Assembly (NCBI GenBank): GCA_964016885.1
Contig: OZ024746.1
Coordinates: forward strand, 29,884,001-29,948,000
Reading direction: 5' to 3'
DNA: 64,000 bases
From: Eledone cirrhosa
Lineage: Eukaryota
Shown: positions 14,664 to 27,738 of the stretch, piece by piece
Layout of the letters: every line of letters begins with the position of its first letter
Position numbering within the stretch: the first letter of the stretch is position 1
Program-made: the position numbers and the translations under genes
The notes under the pieces: model-generated
The model's database searches: none
Seen by the model: only the letters and a program-made list of their open reading frames with translations
What the model was told of the DNA's origin: nothing

Positions 14664-15823
14664 GTAACGAGACTAACTATTTAGCGTTAATAAAATGAAT
14701 ATATATATACACAAATAATCTCTTTTTTATATGTGGTACATTCCCTCTTTGTGTCTGTTCTTTCTTGCTCTATCTGTCCCCCTTCTCTCTCTCACTTTCT
14801 ATCGAATATCATCTTAACTTCCACTCCTCAGGATCTCTGGACGATTTCTAAACAAGAGTGAAACTAGAAATTCGTGGTTGAGCTGGAAATCCCAATAAGA
14901 TATTTTTTCTACAAATTACTCACACTTAATATGCCATGTATTTATTGAAACTGTGCCTTCTGTGTATAGTTAAATGCAAACGAAGGGACAGGGGAGCAAA
15001 AGTTATCAAAAATACGAAAATAACAAGAGTAAGAAATAAGAAAAATGTAAGAATGCTTTCGAAAAGTTATAAAAGTTGGCATAGTGGATTAAAGAAGCAA
15101 GAGAAATGTATAGTAGATAGAGAGGAGGGAAGAAGGAAGAGAGAACGAAAAGAGGAAGGGAGGGAGAGAGAGTGAGACATTATATTCGTTATAGTTAATT
15201 TACATTAAACATCTACTATTTCTCCTACCAGTTTGCCCTACAGTTGAAGATAATTCTTAATCTAATATAATTTTGATGTAGCAGTATCGTGACGTTTGTT
15301 GGCAATAGGATCGTTGAATTTGAAGTTTAAAGATTAATTCCAGATTTAGAAATCTTTGGAGCTCATAGAAAAATCTGGTTATTGTAATCTATTTCTATCG
15401 TACAAAGAAGCATATTCAATGTCCGAATTGATTTGAAATTTGGGAGACGAGGAATCAAAATAGATTCATTATGTTTGGGATTTATTTCGAGAATTGCAGA
15501 AATGATTGTTGCTGTCTATTTTGAGTTTTAAAACGCCTAAGTTTAGAACTCAATCTTTAAAACAACTTAGCGTATAAATCTGAATTTTAATTTAGATTTA
15601 TATTAAATTAATTTCATACCAGTATGAATTTTTTAACAAAAAATGTGAAATAAAACGCTAAACAATTTATTTGGGAAGGGTATGAAATTCCTGTTTAATT
15701 TGGATGAGTTTTTAACTCAGTTTTATCTATATATTATTTATTTGGCTCCAATTCTAGTTTCCATATCCTGTAAACTCTATTTAGAGGTCGTTTTAAGCTT
15801 GGAAAATAATTTAACTTCATTAT

Positions 15824-16002
15824 TTGGCAGTATCGGTAGAGGGTCGGACGCCATGCTTTCCAGCATAGTTACGTCCCTTTACGATCTGAGTTCAAATCCC
15901 GCCGAGGTTGACTTTGCCTTTCATCCTTACGGGGTCGATAAAATAAAGCACCAGTAATGCACTGGGTAATTGCTGGCCTTGTGCCTAAAGTAGAAACAAT
16001 TA
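15824..16002 (+). mobile_element. SINE S1 copy
   Basis: Near identical to 4959-5135. Confidence 0.92.
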
Positions 16003-16789
16003 TTTTTATAGACGTTGGAATTTGAATGACAAAAGGAGTTCGAATAAAAGAGAGCTAAATTATTTTTTTCATACTGTTTTTTTTTTGTTTTGTTTTTTGT
16101 TTAATTCCTAATTGAATTTCTTCTAGCTAAATCAGTGATATATTGAGAAGAATGTTTTTAATACAGTATTGCTGAATTCAAATGTCATTACAGGCCACAA
16201 GAAGGCCTTAAGTCATTTTTATATAGAATTCTAGATATATTTTCTTTTATATTTTGGTGAAAGGTGTTAGCCGAGTTATTAGGGGTCGTGAATAGCTATA
16301 TTTTGGTATTTGATCTGCTTCTCTGCATTCTGAGTTTAAATCCTACAAATATGAATTTTGCCTTAAAGAACGAGTTGCAGGTAGCGGATAGTGATATGGC
16401 CACCAGATATGATGGTTAGTTGCAACCTGCCGGACGAATATACAATCCCGAACCAACAACGATAAACTACTAGGGGCAGACGGAACAATGACTGACACCT
16501 TTAGCTCTCAACAAAACTCACACAACACAGTAATATGGCTACAATGAGTCGAGTAAAGGCTGCTTCTAAAACAAAATCTAGTTTCACGGGTCTGAGAAAA
16601 GTATCAGAATGGTGACTGGCACAAATAAGTCCAGCAAAAACACTACAATGTGGCAGCATACAACAAAAGTAGTCATACCACATTCCCTTCGTGCAAGATA
16701 ACACGGGACAGGTTCAGGCGTTAGGCAGAGCGGCCTGGTCGAAAGTTATATTACAGTCTCCAACTCATTCTGTGAAAATTGGTGATGAG

Positions 16790-17760
16790 CCTGCGACTTG
16801 GCTTTGGAGGTGCGGAATAGCTGCACAATGATTGTGTATGATGAGACTCTAAAGAAGCTTCGAAAGGGAGCGAACCATAAAAATTGTAACCTGGATCATC
16901 ACAACCCTTACAGTAAGAAGCAAGATATAGTGGAGGATGCTAGATGCTACGGGATAAATTTGGTGGGCGTTTCTTCAATAAAATTTCTCGACTCTTGTAC
17001 TGTAGATTTGGATGGAGGTTGGAAACTCCACTATTCAGGTGTGTTGCTAGAAATGACTGCTCAGACAGGAGTGGGGATAGTCAAGCACTCGGCGGCTGTC
17101 AGAATGTGTTATAGCCTGGAAGAGGGAAGAGTAAGAAGGAATATTACCTTTTGAAGCTTAGGCTGAAATATGTCCCTGTGGTTGATGCAAATTTATGCAT
17201 CAAACAAAGGGTCTGAATACAGGCCCTTCCTTCACTGCAGCGTTAGATGTGGTTAATACTGAGTCATATATCCTAATGGGAGACTTTAATGCACATTTTG
17301 GCACTGAACACCTGACATGGAAAAGAGTGATGGGAAGGAACAGTGTTACCGATCTAAATACGAATTGATAGACCTTATTAGATTTCTGTTCTATTAAAAG
17401 GCTCTCTATTATGAACCCCTTCTTTCAATACAAGAAGCATTCATAGATATACATAGTATAATGGGGAAACAGGAACAGAAATCAATAATTGATTTTGTTA
17501 TTGTCTCTTATCTTTTCGATTCTCTGCTGGATATTCGTATTAAGATAGAGGCTGAGCTGACAGAAAATTGCCATCTAGTTATCTACAACCTGAGACTACC
17601 ATAGGCCAAAGAAGCCCACAAAGCTGGCAAGTCCTGGGCAACCTACAGGTTAAAATGGGAATTGTTGGTGGATAAGGAAGTCAGGACAAATTATGCAGAT
17701 ACTATTACATCCAAATTCAGAGACCTCCCTGAGCAAACTGAGGACGTAGGAAAGACGGAA
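16790..17760 (+). pseudogene. RTE-clade LINE endonuclease region, decayed
   Basis: LVGVSS..LDGGWKLHYSGV..GVGI; ILMGDFNAH..TWKRVMGRN; LLDFC; DFVIVS. Many frameshifts and stops. Confidence 0.8.
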
Positions 17761-18399
17761 ATTCTTTGGAAATCTGTCGAGCGGACTGTTCCTCTCATTT
17801 AGTATTGCACTGAATGTTCCTGACAATAGCGTTAAGTGTATGTGTGTCTGTGGAATGATCAGTCACTTACACGTTACATGAATAGGCTGTCACATTGGTA
17901 GTACAACTGGAACACTCATCGTCGGAATCAGCGCTTTTCCACCCAGAAGATGCACTAAGTTTTTATTGACTAAAATACAAGAAAATATAGTTAGAGATTA
18001 CTGTTAAATCTAGTTATGGATAATTAAATGAAACTTTACAGGCTAGATTTAAATGGAGAACATTCACAGAAAGAAAACTATCAACATCAAAACAACAGCT
18101 AGATAGGAAGTATATAATTATTTAAACAAATATTCCACAGGCTTCTCCTTTGAAAGAACGGAATAATAATGGATTATAATGGATCTTAGTTTGAGAATAC
18201 TGCTGTTCGTAGACGTAGCTGAATAGAAAAATACCTTCTGGCAAGATTTCAACCATCAGAAAAGCTTTCTTACTTATGTGTCTAATACTATGAAAATAAA
18301 ATAATTCACCACAATTTCACCAACATGCATGCATAATATATATGTGATGAAGGTCATATATGTTCACACACACACACACACATGCGCACACACACACAC

Positions 18400-18546
18400 A
18401 TATATATATATACACTCACACACATACATATATATATATATACACCAACACTCACATACATATATATATATATATATATATAAATTCATGCAAGCGGTGG
18501 GGAGTTACTAGGAGCGAGACCATAATATTAGTATGACATGCATACA

Positions 18547-18591
<45 letters not shown>

Positions 18592-18716
18592 TCACACACA
18601 TACATATATATATATACACCAACACTCACATACATATATATATATATATATAAATTCATGCAAGCGGTGGGGAGTTACTAGGAGCGAGACCATAATATTA
18701 GTATGACATGCATACA

Positions 18717-18751
<35 letters not shown>

Positions 18752-18876
18752 TCACACACATACATATATATATACACCAACACTCACATACATATATATA
18801 TATATATATATAAATTCATGCAAGCGGTGGGGAGTTAGTAGGAGCGAGACCATAATATTAGTATGACATGCATACA

Positions 18877-18915
<39 letters not shown>

Positions 18916-18949
18916 TCACACACATACATATATATATACACCAACACTC

Positions 18950-18990
<41 letters not shown>

Positions 18991-19052
18991 TGCAAGCGGT
19001 GGGGAGTTACTAGGAGCGAGACCATAATATTAGTATGACATGCATACAAACA
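18400..19052. repeat. Compound tandem repeat, 4 copies of a ~160-175 bp unit containing variable (TA)n tracts
   Basis: ATTCATGCAAGCGGTGGGGAGTTACTAGGAGCGAGACCATAATATTAGTATGACATGCATACAAACA at ~18484, 18654, 18814 and 18986. Confidence 0.95.
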
Positions 19053-19828
19053 TAAAGATATGTACTGAATAATTTCACATCATATTAATGCTAGTCACTT
19101 AATGTATAGATATTATAATACAACTGACAAGGTTACAGTTTCAAATCTAACTTGGGGCTAGTTTCAGGAAATGAGTTATATTAAATTCTTTAATTTATTG
19201 AACAACAGTGAATGGGGCTGAATGAACCTACATCGGTTTCTGCGATGCAATTTGCTGTGATCGGATCCACAAAATAACCTACTAATGGTATTAACATGTA
19301 GGTGGCTGAACATTCCATATATACGTGCACTGTTAACGTAATTCTCGGGATTATTCAGGCTGATATACTGTGTTACAAAGCCGGCCCTTTCAATTTCCGC
19401 CTACTCAGTTTTCCTCACAAGTCGACCCGAACCCTTGGTAAAACGGTTCACCCAAGATGTCAGGCAGTGAAATCAAACTCCTTACCTAATAATTACTTAT
19501 TGTAACTCTTAACTACGCGGCCATGTTACATCTACTCACATAGAATACGTAGATAATGTATTCCGTCGTTCCTTTATTCTATTTGCAACATCAACTAATG
19601 AATTACAATGGTTGTAAGTATTCAAACCGCTAATCTCATTCTTAGAGATGAAAACTTATTATGATATTTCCATCTAATCTGTGTTTTGATTGGTTCCGAG
19701 TCCAATAACTGAATGGCTTCCTGGATAAGATCATTACTGCTATAATTTTTATTTAGAATTAAATTTATTGGTACATAGTTTGAATGCACACATGTATGTA
19801 GACACACACACGCACACACACACATACA

Positions 19829-19900
<72 letters not shown>

Positions 19901-20227
19901 TACATATATATATATACATGTTTAAAAGATATAGATGGAGAAGAAAAGGCATATATCTTTTGAGAAATACATAGCATTTTCTACACATAGCATTCTCTAC
20001 ACAAATATTATGTAGGAAAATATTGATACTTTAAGGTGGTACTAATTATATAAATATCTAACGGCCGTTTCGTAAATACATAGATATATGCCTGTTCTAT
20101 CTTCTAAACATGTATTATTGATGCTCTGAAATAAGGTCCATTGACCTTTTTTGATTGAGAATCATAACCGTTACACATTTAATATGTATAGATACCTTAA
20201 AATAATATATATATATATATATATATA

Positions 20228-20282
20228 TTTCGTTTCTGAATTTGTTTAGCAAGATTCTTTATCTGAAATCGTCCCAAAGTAT

Positions 20283-20290
<8 letters not shown>
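20228..20290. mobile_element. Family B terminal fragment (inverted tail fused to CCCAAAGTATAACAA end)
   Basis: TTTCGTTTCTGAATTTGTTTA..ATCTGAAATCGT matches 42794-42838, followed by the family B 3' end; (TA)n on both sides. Confidence 0.7.
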
Positions 20291-20320
<30 letters not shown>

Positions 20321-20325
<5 letters not shown>

Positions 20326-20459
20326 AACGAGTAGGACCCCGACGGCTGAGCTCAAGCCGTTTCGACGGTTAATTCTGGACACACTACTACTCTACTACCC
20401 TAAGTATTGAGTACTTTGGGACGTTATGGTCCACCTGGTTCCTTACCACATTTCCTTCG

Positions 20460-20462
<3 letters not shown>
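20321..20462. mobile_element. Family C (TA)n-embedded element, internally inverted
   Basis: Two segments of the repeat seen at 40253 and 55569 are joined in opposite orientations. Confidence 0.8.
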
Positions 20463-20505
<43 letters not shown>

Positions 20506-20506
20506 G

Positions 20507-20610
20507 AAGGTCACCTGGAAAGGAGTGATTGGATGGAATGGCGACCCTGATCTAAATAAGAATGGGGAGGGCTTATTAGACTTCTGTTCTAGCAATGGTC
20601 TGAAGATGTA
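20507..20610 (+). pseudogene. RTE endonuclease fragment
   Basis: VTWKGVIGWNGDPDLNKNGEGLLDFCSSNGLK, homologous to ~17310-17400. Confidence 0.75.
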
Positions 20611-20772
20611 ACAGTGAAATAGCAGAAATATTACTTTATCTAGGAAGTGTATTCCCCAAAACGAACTGCAGGAGACTCACACGTCGACCTAATAATACCT
20701 TAAGAATGATGAAAATAGAATGTCTGCTGTGTTCTTAATGCACGTTTTAAACAAAATATGTATTCCATCTCC

Positions 20773-20862
<90 letters not shown>

Positions 20863-21313
20863 AGGGTGTATACGTGTGTCAGTACATGTTTGAGTACATA
20901 TATATGTATGTGTCTGTGTGTGTGACTATGAACGATATTTATCCTAAAGACACGCCGATGACAATTCGATATTACTTCCATTTTAAATCTCATTACATTG
21001 AATTATAATTCTCTTACTGACGGCGGCTTACCATCTTATTTGATTATTAAAGTTAGGACGATGACGAAATTGTTTCCCCTCCCTCGCAAGCTTTTTTCTT
21101 CCTTTTCTATTTTTAAATTGAAAGTAAGGTATCTTTATACTTCAACGAGAATTACTTTGAGGACAAAGCACACTGAAATTTACACATGAAATATTTTTAC
21201 TTCATACTAACATATATGTGAATGCATATATATATTAATATATATATATATATGAATATATGTATATGCATATATGTATGTGAATATATATATATATATG
21301 TCTGTGAATATCC

Positions 21314-21364
<51 letters not shown>

Positions 21365-22148
21365 TTTGTTTCTGTGTATGTGTTTATATATCTATTGGAA
21401 TTTATAGAAGTGTATATATGTATGAGAATTTACGTATGCAAAAATTTATATTACAGAATTGTTATTAACTCTGTACAGGGAATAAATGAATGCTTAAAGG
21501 AAAAGGTCATCTAAAGTACACTATATTGACATTAATGGATTACCGGTTGAGCGTCGTTTTCAACGACGAATGTTCCAATTGATTCGTTCAACATAACAGC
21601 TTTCTCCTGAAACTGATATGTTAGTGACTAAGCATTCCAGAGACACGTGTACCCTTAATATTGGTCCCAAGGAAATTCAACGCGATACAGAACGTGGAAA
21701 GGCTGACCCATCGAATACGACTAATATGTGCCAGCTGAGTGGATTGAAACACGGCGCTTATTTATACTCGTTGGTAAAGTCTCGGTTACGCACTTTTTAT
21801 TTATACAGGTATAGCTTTTTCATACACTTCAGCTGCTACCACACTCTTACTACATATCTCAATTAATTACCATCATGAGCACTAAATATATGCGAATTAG
21901 TACGGCTATTTCAGATTAACACAAAGAGCAAATGGGTCTATATATATCCATCCAATACATATTTCCTTGTTGTTTATTGGATGATATACACATCTTCTGA
22001 TGTGCGGCCAATTACATCCGAAAATCGATTAAAATGTTTATCATGTTTTCAATTTACAATGAAATTCCTATTTTCAGATATGTGTATATACTGATACAAA
22101 TTCGTACTGCTTCGGTTACGCACGCTGTTTTCATACAAATATAACTGT

Positions 22149-22230
<82 letters not shown>

Positions 22231-22437
22231 CAAAATTAAGATAAATCAAAGTGAATTTAATCTAAATCTAAATTATGGGTGTCATGCCAGAAAGGCATGC
22301 GCCATATCACTGTACTTTATTTAGTTACCTACCTAGCTATGTGTGCTTACACACTTGTAAAAATTATCCCCTGTGATTGTTTCATATGTTTATTTATATG
22401 TTAATCAATTTCTAGTTGTTATATATATATATATATA

Positions 22438-22765
22438 TTTAAAAAATAGAGGTATGACACACGAGTTGTGATATATTAGTAAAAATGAAAAGAAAATGCT
22501 GACAAATAAAAAATAGTTTAATTAGGAATAAGTATAAATTAGTAATAAGTATTAGTTAGTATTCAGTTTTAGTTTTAAGTTTTTACCGGTTACGCTCTAT
22601 CTCAAAATTATTTTTGAAAGACATTAGAAATGCGCAACCGGAAAAAACTTAAAACTAAAACTGAATACTAACTAATACTTATTACTAATTTATACTTATT
22701 CCTAATTAAGCTATTTTTCTCTGGGAAAAATTTGTCAGCATTTTCTTTTCCTTTTTTCTAATATA
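22438..22765. mobile_element. Fold-back element in (TA)n
   Basis: Arms ~22473-22595 and ~22632-22764 are reverse complements; ~35-bp extra tail on the left. Confidence 0.85.
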
Positions 22766-23199
22766 TATATATATATAGTTAATAAATGAAACAAACAAAA
22801 CAAATGAGGCAATTTTACACCGTTACATATATAAGTTTTATCTGTATAAATAAAATTATATACACACTCACACTCACACACATACATATATATGTATGTG
22901 TGTGTATATGTATGTTTTTATGTATATGTATGTGGTGTGCGCGTGTTTACTGTTTGTTTATTTCTCTAGATTTACGAGTTAGACGAAATAGAACTACATA
23001 CGATATGTCCTAGAGTTGATATGATTGAGTAAAATCCCTTCGATGAGGACTCCAGAATAGCTGCAGTGAAACCAGTAACACAATATAAGAATATATCATA
23101 TTATAGTTTCGTTTAATCTCAATAATTTATGCCGTATCAGATGGTTGTCTAACGTTACTACCTACCGTGCAGAATCTCATTACTTAATGCAAGAAAGTC

Positions 23200-23725
23200 T
23201 TGATTTTCGGTAATTTTACTCTGTTGATAGTACCCGGTCCTCGGCCACATTCAACGATGACAATTTAGTTGCTGAACGACTTACTGTTTTGGTAACATTC
23301 GAACGACTTACTGTCTTGGTAACATTCATGTATAGATCAATTTTCCTGGCAAAGAATTTGACTTCAGGAAGCCTTTTACCTAGATCAATGATATTTGATA
23401 GAAGAGATATATTATCAGCAATATCTGTAACACATGTATAACAATTGGTGGGTTTCGCTTACTTCTCCTTTGTGCCAGTGTAAAGCTGAGATCTTGTTCA
23501 TTAACAAAGGCTTCCTCGATAGCAATTATGAAAAGCTTTGTTGTTTGTGTGGCTTGATTACATCTTTCAGCTACTTCAATCTAAAATTACCAACACCAAT
23601 AGACAGTGGGTCAAATACCTTGTCAATATTTCCTTCAACTAACAAGGGAGGTTGACCAAGTAACTTAACAAAATGCACTTTTCGCAACTTTAATCTTTCT
23701 TTTCAGGTTTCATCTTTCCTTGGTT
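23200..23725 (-). pseudogene. Highly decayed RTE-like LINE RT fragments
   Basis: ERLKLRKVHFVKLLGQPP; LFIIAI..DLSFTLAQRRSKR; VTDIADNISLLSN..IDLYMNVTKT (degenerate YADD region). Confidence 0.6.
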
Positions 23726-23870
23726 GGGTTGTTTTCTCCCAGTTATTCCGTTGATAATACACCATGTTTGCTTAGCGTTTCGAGTTATTTAGTAGATAAC
23801 ACTAGGTTAGCTTAATATTTCGAGTTATTTCATTGATAACACTATATGTTAGCTTAGCTTTTCGTATGTT

Positions 23871-24310
23871 AACTAAGTATATTTAAAATTCCAATATGTT
23901 AATTAAGTATATTTAAGATTACAATATATTAACTAAGTATCATTAAAGTTACAATATTTTAGCTAAATATATTTAAAGTTACAATTTATTAACTAGGTAT
24001 AATTAAAGTTATTATATGTTAACTACCTATATTTTAAGTTACAATATATTAACTAAGTATAATTAAAGTTGCAATATGCTAACTAAATATATTTAAAGTT
24101 ACAATATATCAATTAAGTATAATTAAAGTTAAAATATATTAACTAATTATATTTAAAGTTACAATATGTTAATTAATTATATTTAAAGTAACAATATGTT
24201 AACTAAGTATATTTAAAGTTGCAATATGTTATCTAAGTATATTTAAAGTTACAATATGTTAGCTAATAATATTTAAAGTTAAAATAGATCAGCTAAATAT
24301 ACTTAAGCTT
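23871..24310. repeat. 30-bp AT-rich minisatellite, ~15 copies
   Basis: Consensus AACTAAGTATATTTAAAGTTACAATATGTT. Confidence 0.95.
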
Positions 24311-24926
24311 AAAAATATATAATCAATAGAGTTCTGTTTATACAAAGGACAAAGAACGGAATATATAAGGTGCGGCGCCATTCATGAATTTATAATAAAG
24401 TACGTTGATTAGTTGTAATTAAACAAAATAACATCGACACAAAATGAAGACATAGTGGCTGTGTTCATTCTCCAGGGAATATTTCTTTGTTCTACAAAGT
24501 TCTCTAACAAGAAGTTACATGAATAAAATAACGATATCTCAAGAACGATCAATGTAACAGTTTGCCCATAGAATTAGTTTGTATGTGACTGAGCATACCA
24601 CAGACCCTTGTACTTTTGACGTAATTCTCAGGAACATTCAGTATAACAAAGTGCGTGACAAAGCTGAACTTTGGACGTACAGTATCCATCTACCTGATTT
24701 CACATTCAAGGCATCGTTCGACCCGAAGCTAAGCTGGTCCAAACTCGAATCAAACAAGGGATCTAATGATCATGAAGTAAACTTCATAACCCATTGGCCA
24801 ATCTGCTTCCAATTCTGTTTGCATATATATATAACCCCACCATCAGGCTAAATAACTTCTTTAATTTCTTTAGTCAAAATACGGCGATAGCTAACATTTC
24901 TAATAATATATATATATATGTATATG

Positions 24927-24965
<39 letters not shown>

Positions 24966-24988
24966 TTGGGCGACTAAATTTCGAATCA

Positions 24989-25098
<110 letters not shown>

Positions 25099-25181
25099 AG
25101 AGAGAGAGAGAGATATATATAATTCGAAATGTAGTCGCCCAAATGTAAATGACTATGAGATTAGCTGATCCGTAAAAATAA

Positions 25182-27227
25182 CACCGTGTAACAAAAAAAA
25201 ATGTTTCTCTGTTCCTGGCTTGTAATCACTTTTATTGTGTTGCTTAGGTCCCAAATAAATAAAAAAAAGTGCTATTAAGCAGTTAAAAGTTTGGGCTTGT
25301 AAAATTTCTAAGCTATTCACTAGAATTATTTGTATGCTGGATTTTACGTTGTATGTAAGTTTAAATTGCTTATGTTAAATGATTTTTTTATATATGTTTC
25401 AGGTTAAATTAAAATTATAAAATAAAGAATAATACCTAAAGAAAATTATAAAAGTGCAATAAAGTATAAAATTGTTAAAAAGTGGATTAAAGAGATTTAT
25501 TGATACTGGATTTTCGCACCCTGAATAAAGGGTAAGTTGTGTTTTAAGCACGAATTTTCATTAGTATGATTAGTGTTCTTTTATATTATTTAAATATGTA
25601 TTTCCCTTTCCAATATTTATTTTGTATTGCATATCAAATTTATTTTCCAAGACAAGTATTCTGATGAAGAGAAGGAAGTGGATGCTTAGGACTTGGATTT
25701 CCTGCCTGAGGTACCAGAAAAAGTTTCTCACTTTAAAATTATAAAATAAAGAGTAATACCTAAAGAAAATTATAAAAGTGCAATAAAGTATAAAATTGTT
25801 AAAAGGTGGATTAAAGAGATTTATTGATACTGGATTTTCGCACCCTGAATAAAGGGTAAGTTGTGTTTTCAGCATTCGTCTCCAGCATGAAGCAGTGGAA
25901 CTTGGTCAAGGAGGAAGTGCAGGTGACAAGTCAGAGAAGTCGACACGAACCTTTCTCAGGCTTTTACACTCTTAGGGATGGCCTCTGCTTCTGCCATGAC
26001 GTGTCTGGACTGTTTGACGTTATTGGGTGCCGTTTGTGCCCAAGGAGTGGCGGCTATTTATAGACAGCTCCACCACAAGTTTGAAGGCTGTCCTCCTCCA
26101 CAATGGAAACAAGTTCCCGACACTGCCCATTCAGTCTGCCTGAAGGAAGATTACTACAGTGTGAAAGTCCTCTTGGAAGCTCTGCAATACAACCGGTACA
26201 ATTGGGAAATCATTGGAGACTTCAAAATGGTGGCTTTCCTGCTTGGACTCTAAGGAGGCTTTATCAAATTCCAATGCTTCCTCTGCCTTTGGGACAGCAG
26301 AGCCACCTCTGACCACTACAAAAGAAAGAACTGGGAGCAGCGAACAGAATTTGTAGTTGGGACTCGGAACGTCATGTGGGAGCCACTGGTTGATCCCACG
26401 ATTGTGCTCATGCCGCCACTGCACATTAAGTTGGGGTTGATGAAGCAGTTTGTGAAGGCTCTCAACCAAGAATCAGCCACTTTTAAGTACCTTCTTGAGT
26501 TCTTCCCCAAGTTATCTGAGGCCAAAATCAAAGGTGGTATTTTTGTTGGACCTCAGGTAAAGAAGGTGTTTGAGTCTACCGAGTTCTCCAATAAGCTCAA
26601 TAGGATTGAGAGAACAGCATGGAACTGTTTCAAGGCAGTTGTTAAGGGCTTCCTGGGCAACTACAGAGCTGAAAACTACCAGCAACTGGTGCAGGATCTG
26701 ATAAAGGCTTTTGGCGCCATGGGATGCAGGATGTAGCTTAAACTCCATATGCTGGACGCTCACCTGGAAGAATTCAAGGACAATATGGGCGTCTACTCAG
26801 AAGAACAAGGCGAACGATTCCACCAAGATATGAAAGAGATAGAGCGGAGGTACCAGGGCCACTACAATGAAAAAATGATGGGGGACTATATCTGGGGGCT
26901 AGTGCGGGAATGCGACCTGGACTACAACCGCAAATCCAGGAAATCCAGTCATTTCTGACGTGTATAAGTTGCTTTATAAGTGTTATTTGTTTTTACTTGT
27001 TTGCTTTTGATAAGCTTGTGTAATAAAATAAATATATACTCTGTTGATTTAATTATATGAACTGATAAATTTTTTTAAAATGTGTTTTTTCTTGAAAAAT
27101 ATGAAAATTTCGAAATATAAAACTCCTGACCACAAACCAAATTTCTGATTAAATGATAGTGTTTTTTTATATAATAATGGGATATAACAAACCAGGAAAT
27201 GACACTTAGAACCAGGGAACAATTGTA
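25182..27227 (+). mobile_element. Chapaev3-like (CMC superfamily) DNA transposon, internally deleted
   Basis: Left end CACCGTGTAACAAAA..GTTCCTGG. Right subterminal CCAGGGAACAA is cut by a SINE. Transposase remnant inside. Confidence 0.75.
25875..26958 (+). pseudogene. Chapaev3-type transposase C-terminal part (stops and frameshifts)
   Basis: LFIDSSTTSLKAVLLHNGN, IIGDFKMVAFLLGL*GG, CFLCLWDSR, PPLHIKLGLMKQFVKAL, LKLHMLDAH, SEEQGERFHQD, MMGDYIW. Confidence 0.88.
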
Positions 27228-27440
27228 ATTGTTTCTACTTTAGGCACAATGCCAGCAATTTTCAGGGGAGGGGAAAGTCGAGTAAATCGACTCCAGCGCT
27301 TACTAGTACTTTATCTTATCGACCCCATAAGGGTGAAAGGCAAACCTCACCTCGATGGAATTTGAACTCAGAACGTTGAAGGATATAACTCTATGCGGCA
27401 AAACATGATGCCTGATGCTCTACCGACATTACCAATCCAC
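27227..27440 (-). mobile_element. SINE S1-related copy (longer subfamily)
   Basis: GTTTCTACTTTAGGCACAA..ATCGACCCC..GAAAGGCAAA..TTTGAACTCAGAA..CTACCGAC. Confidence 0.88.
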
Positions 27441-27688
27441 TATTCATACTGGAGGAAACTGAACATATTACGCCTGAAGATGGGTGCCTCTGCCCGCATC
27501 TTTCTACATGTGTGTGTGTGCGTATTTGTTTGAGTGTGTACGTGAATTCTAGAATCATATAAAATCGTGGAAAAATGTAATTCCTGAGAGAAAAGCATGT
27601 CAAATGTACAAAGAGAAAACAGTGAGATAGATAGATAGAAAGAGAGTGTGAGACTGCGCAAGATAGATATAGGCAGAGAGATGTAGGC

Positions 27689-27738
<50 letters not shown>

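Noticed and set aside
18400-19052. CRISPR-like repeat-spacer array
   Set aside because: The spacers are microsatellites, the context is eukaryotic, and there are no cas genes.
23463-23580. Minus-strand host exon with AG/GTAAG signals
   Set aside because: The peptide continues into degenerate LINE RT motifs on both sides.
25661-25720. CTGATGA motif
   Set aside because: Lies in an acidic coding remnant of the transposon; no stems.
27474-27500. CTGAAGA-TGGGT..GCCC hammerhead
   Set aside because: No GAAA or stem I.
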